64,000 bases of DNA from assembly GCA_963742735.1 (NCBI GenBank), contig CAVUMN010000004.1, forward strand, positions 384,001 through 448,000. The letters are read 5' to 3'. This document shows, in pieces, positions 60,978 to 64,000 of the stretch (positions are counted from its first letter, which is position 1; each line of letters opens with the position of its first letter). Both the position numbers and the translations under genes were made by a program. A model generated the notes under the pieces. It worked only from the letters and a program-made list of their open reading frames with translations, had not been told where the DNA came from and did no database searches. The DNA comes from an uncultured Actinomycetes bacterium (GTDB taxonomy: Bacteria > Actinomycetota > UBA4738 > JBBDTT01).

Positions 60978-61003
60978 TAGAATAGGTTACCGACCGGTAG
61001 GTA
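60978..61003 (+). promoter_or_regulatory. -10 element with adjacent palindromic operator
   Basis: TAGAAT (60978) then near-palindrome TACCGACCGGTAGGTA (60988-61003). Confidence 0.6.
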
Positions 61004-61038
61004 TGGACCACCGGAGCGTGCTCAGGAAGGAGACCCGC

Positions 61039-62208
61039 ATGCGTGAGGCCCTGATCGTCGAGGCCGTCCGTTCACCGATGGGCAAGAAGAACGGGAAGCT
61101 CTCCGACTCCCACCCCGTGGACCTGCTGGCGGACGTGCTGAAGGCCGCCGTCGAGCGGACGGGCATCGACCCGGCGCAGGTCGAGGACAACATCACCGGC
61201 TGCGTCATGCAGACCGGGGAGCAGGGCCTGAACATCGGCCGCAACGCGTGGCTGGCGGCGGGACTGCCCGAGGAGGTCCCGGCCACCACCGTGGACCGCC
61301 AGTGCGGCTCGAGCCAGCAAGCCGCGCACTTCGCGGCCCAGGGTGTGATCGCCGGCGCGTACGACCTGGTCATCGCGTCGGGCGTCGAGAACATGTCCCG
61401 GGTGCCCATGGGCATCACCGCCCAGCAGGGCCCGGGGTTCCCGTTCCCCCCGTCCCTGATGGACCGTTACGACGGCGGCCTGGTTCCGCAGGGGATCAGC
61501 GCCGAGATCATCGCCGAGCGGTGGGGCCTGACCCGCGAGGAGCTGGACCGCTTCGCCGCGCGCAGCCACACCCTGGCCGGCGCCGCGACGAAGGAGGGCC
61601 GGTTCGCCAAGGAGATCCACCCCATCAAGGTCCAGACCGAGGAAGGCCTGGTGGAGTTCGACTACGACGAGGGGATCCGCGAGCCGAACCTGGAGAAGAT
61701 GGCGCAGCTGAAGCCGGCCTTCAAGGAGGACGGCGTGGTCACGGCCGCCAACTCGAGCCAGATCACCGACGGCGCCGCGGCCCTGGTCATCGCCAGCCGG
61801 GAGACGGCCGAGAAGCTCGGCCTGACCCCGCGCGCCCGGTTCCACACGTTCGCGCTGGCCGGGGTGGACCCGATCACCATGCTCACCGGCGTGATCCCGT
61901 CCACGCAGAAGGCGCTGGGCCGGGCGGGGATGAAGCTCGAGGACATCGACCGGGTGGAGATCAACGAGGCCTTCGCCACGGTGGTCCTGGCCTGGAAGAA
62001 GGAGCTCGAGATCCCCGACGACTGGTTCGAGGAGCACGTGAACGTGAACGGCGGGGCGATCGCCGTCGGCCATCCCCTCGGGGCGAGCGGTGCCCGGTTG
62101 ATGACCTCCCTCCTGCACGAGCTGGAGCGCTCGGGTGGCACGTACGGCCTCCAGACGATGTGCGAGGGCGGCGGCATGGCCAACGCCACGATCATCGAGC
62201 GTCTGTAG
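61039..62208 (+). CDS. Thiolase (acetyl-CoA C-acyltransferase)
   Basis: DRQCGSS, NEAFA, GHPLGASG, MCEGGG. Confidence 0.96.
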   Translation: MREALIVEAVRSPMGKKNGKLSDSHPVDLLADVLKAAVERTGIDPAQVEDNITGCVMQTGEQGLNIGRNAWLAAGLPEEVPATTVDRQCGSSQQAAHFAAQGVIAGAYDLVIASGVENMSRVPMGITAQQGPGFPFPPSLMDRYDGGLVPQGISAEIIAERWGLTREELDRFAARSHTLAGAATKEGRFAKEIHPIKVQTEEGLVEFDYDEGIREPNLEKMAQLKPAFKEDGVVTAANSSQITDGAAALVIASRETAEKLGLTPRARFHTFALAGVDPITMLTGVIPSTQKALGRAGMKLEDIDRVEINEAFATVVLAWKKELEIPDDWFEEHVNVNGGAIAVGHPLGASGARLMTSLLHELERSGGTYGLQTMCEGGGMANATIIERL

Positions 62209-62266
62209 CGCTCGCACCCGCACCCGCACCCGCAACCACGGGCCGCGGAGCGTGTAGCGTCGAGCC

Positions 62267-62641
62267 ATGGCGCGCGCGAAGCGAAGCCTCGTCGGCAGGC
62301 TGGTTTCGCTCGTCCTCCTTGGCGGCGGCCTGTATGCCGTGTGGTTCGTCCTGACCTACACCTCCGGCCGGTCGCTGGGCCTGCGACTCGCCGTCGCGAC
62401 GCTGCTCGGCATGACGATCTTCCTGATGGGGCGGCGGGTCCTGGCCGGGTTCAGCGTGCCGGCCCCGGAGGCTCGCCTGGAGGAGCCCGAGGAGGTCGAG
62501 GAGCTCGAGGTCTACTTCGTGTGCGGCGAATGCGGAACGGAATACAAGGTCACGAAGCTCGGGGAGCTCTCGGTCCCGCGGCACTGTGGTGAGCCGATGC
62601 AGGTGGTCCGCCGGCCCGTCCAGGACGCGACCCTGAACTAG
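62267..62641 (+). CDS. Membrane protein with C-terminal zinc ribbon
   Basis: Two TM; CGECG...PRHCGEPM. Confidence 0.75.
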   Translation: MARAKRSLVGRLVSLVLLGGGLYAVWFVLTYTSGRSLGLRLAVATLLGMTIFLMGRRVLAGFSVPAPEARLEEPEEVEELEVYFVCGECGTEYKVTKLGELSVPRHCGEPMQVVRRPVQDATLN

Positions 62642-62892
62642 CCCTCGGCGATCTCCTCCGCCTTGGCCTTGAGGGTCTTGAAGTCCTTGCGCGGCCCCCG
62701 CGAGTCGTCGATCAGGCCGTCGGTCCGGTTGAAGCCCCACCCGGAGAAGACGACGCCGACCCTGGAGTAGACGCGCTTCAGCTGGGGCTCTCCGCAGGCC
62801 GGGCATGCGTCGGGTGGGACCGCCTGGCCCATCGGCTGGACCTCCTCGGTCCGTTCGCCGCACGCGCGACAGGCGTACTCGTAGACCGGCAT
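62638..62892 (-). CDS. FmdB family zinc-ribbon protein
   Basis: MPVYEYACRACG, CPACG, VVFSGWGF..TD. Confidence 0.88.
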   Translation of the reverse strand: MPVYEYACRACGERTEEVQPMGQAVPPDACPACGEPQLKRVYSRVGVVFSGWGFNRTDGLIDDSRGPRKDFKTLKAKAEEIAEG

Positions 62893-62904
62893 CTCCCCAA
62901 CAGT

Positions 62905-63783
62905 ATGCTCGCCGCCGTGGCGTTCGTGACCGCTCCCGACGGCCTTCGCCTCGCCTACGACGACGACGGGCGGGGGCCGGCCCTGGTGCTGCTTCCCGGG
63001 TCGCTGGGCGACCGGGCCCAGTGGCGAGCGGCCGGCTACCTGGACGCGTTCCGCTCGATCGCGCGGGTGATCTCCGTGGATCCCCTTGGCCGCGGGGAGT
63101 GCGACGCGCCGCACGACGACGCCGCCTACGGGATCGAGCGCCACGCCGGGGACGTGCTGGCGGTGCTCGACGCCCTGGGCATCGAACGGGCGACCGTGTG
63201 GGGGCACTCCTTCGGCGGGCGCGTCGGGTTCGAGCTTGCCGCGCGCCATCCGGATCGGGTCGTGGCGCTGATCGCGACCGGCGCCAGCGGCCACGGCCTG
63301 AGCGCGTTCAGCCGGGCCCTCGCCGAGTCGTCCGAGGCGCTCCTGCAGCTCGGCCTGCCCGCCGCCGTCGAGCGGTACGCGCAGGCGGTGGACGTCCCCG
63401 ACTGGATGCGGGAGAACTGGGCGCGGGGCGACGCGGAGGCCCTCGCGGCCTCCCTGCGGGCCAACGCCCGCTACGGCGGGGCGGACGACGCCTTCGCCTC
63501 GTTGGCGGTGCCGGTCCTGCTGCTGGTGGGGGAGGCCGACCCGGTGCTCGCCCAGGCCCGGGAGACCGCCGAGCGCGTCCCACGCTGCGTCCTGGTGGAG
63601 CTCGAGGGCCTCGACCACGTCAGCTCGTTCACCCGGAGCGACATCGCGGTCGCCCTCGCGCTCGAGTTCCTGCGCGACCTGTGGGGCTTCGCGAGCCCCC
63701 CGGGTCCGGGCGCCCCACGGTGGGGCCCCCGGAACGGTTTCCCCAGGTGGGGACAACCCTGTGGAGAAATGACAGGAGTGTAG
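62905..63783 (+). CDS. Alpha/beta hydrolase
   Basis: GHSFGG nucleophile elbow, VGEAD, LDH. Confidence 0.88.
   Translation: MLAAVAFVTAPDGLRLAYDDDGRGPALVLLPGSLGDRAQWRAAGYLDAFRSIARVISVDPLGRGECDAPHDDAAYGIERHAGDVLAVLDALGIERATVWGHSFGGRVGFELAARHPDRVVALIATGASGHGLSAFSRALAESSEALLQLGLPAAVERYAQAVDVPDWMRENWARGDAEALAASLRANARYGGADDAFASLAVPVLLLVGEADPVLAQARETAERVPRCVLVELEGLDHVSSFTRSDIAVALALEFLRDLWGFASPPGPGAPRWGPRNGFPRWGQPCGEMTGV
63737..63768. promoter_or_regulatory. Remote DnaA-box-like cluster
   Basis: GTTTCCCCA, TGGGGACAA, TGTGGAGAA within 32 bp. Confidence 0.55.
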
Positions 63784-63794
63784 TTACGCGGGTG

Positions 63795-64000
63795 TCAGCG
63801 CCACTGGGTGGCGGCGCCGAAGCCCACCGCGATCAGGCCCAGACCGCCCCACAGCAGGTACTGCTTGCTGCCCGCGACGTCGCCGCCGCCGGGAAGCAGG
63901 CCGTAGTAGGCCAGGATCACGTACACGCCGCCGAACAGCAGGCCGAGGATCACCGCGCCGTACCACTTCGGGGACGGCTTCGGCTTCTTCTTGGGGGGCG
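63795..64000 (-). CDS. crgA: Cell division protein CrgA (5' truncated by the window edge)
   Basis: Manual translation ..KPSPKWYGAVILGLLFGG..GLIAVGFGAATQWR*. Confidence 0.85.
   Translation of the reverse strand, partial: PPKKKPKPSPKWYGAVILGLLFGGVYVILAYYGLLPGGGDVAGSKQYLLWGGLGLIAVGFGAATQWR

Noticed and set aside
62214-62235. (CGCACC)n short tandem repeat after the thiolase
   Set aside because: About 3.5 copies, no spacers; not CRISPR and no evident function

Overview
High-GC chromosomal window spanning the replication origin of an Actinomycetota bacterium, probably a deep-branching lineage (inferred from gene order). The backbone is the conserved actinobacterial oriC neighbourhood: padR-ino1, MFS, cca, NUDIX, DUF6049-like, murJ, Ser/Thr kinase, sigM-like ECF sigma and anti-sigma, trxB/trxA, cwlM-like amidase, parB-parA-rsmG (two parS sites), jag-yidC-yidD-rnpA-rpmH, dnaA-oriC-dnaN-recF-dciA-gyrB-gyrA-DUF3566, tRNA-Ile, tRNA-Ala and crgA. 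Three accessory elements stand out. (1) A two-gene cassette of unknown function (small Cys-motif protein plus membrane-anchored 376-aa protein) is translationally coupled between gyrB and gyrA. (2) A self-contained ~225-nt highly structured RNA has its own promoter and terminator and carries a 13-codon ORF whose Shine-Dalgarno can be locked by an 11-bp pseudoknot-type pairing. (3) A split locus around tRNA-Ala encodes four sulfotransferase domains, three glycosyltransferase domains and a Wzm/Wzt exporter. Also present: Ni-SOD (sodN-sodX), a class E sortase and two probable +1 frameshifts (murJ, penicillin acylase). All calls come from reading motifs by eye; no searches were run.
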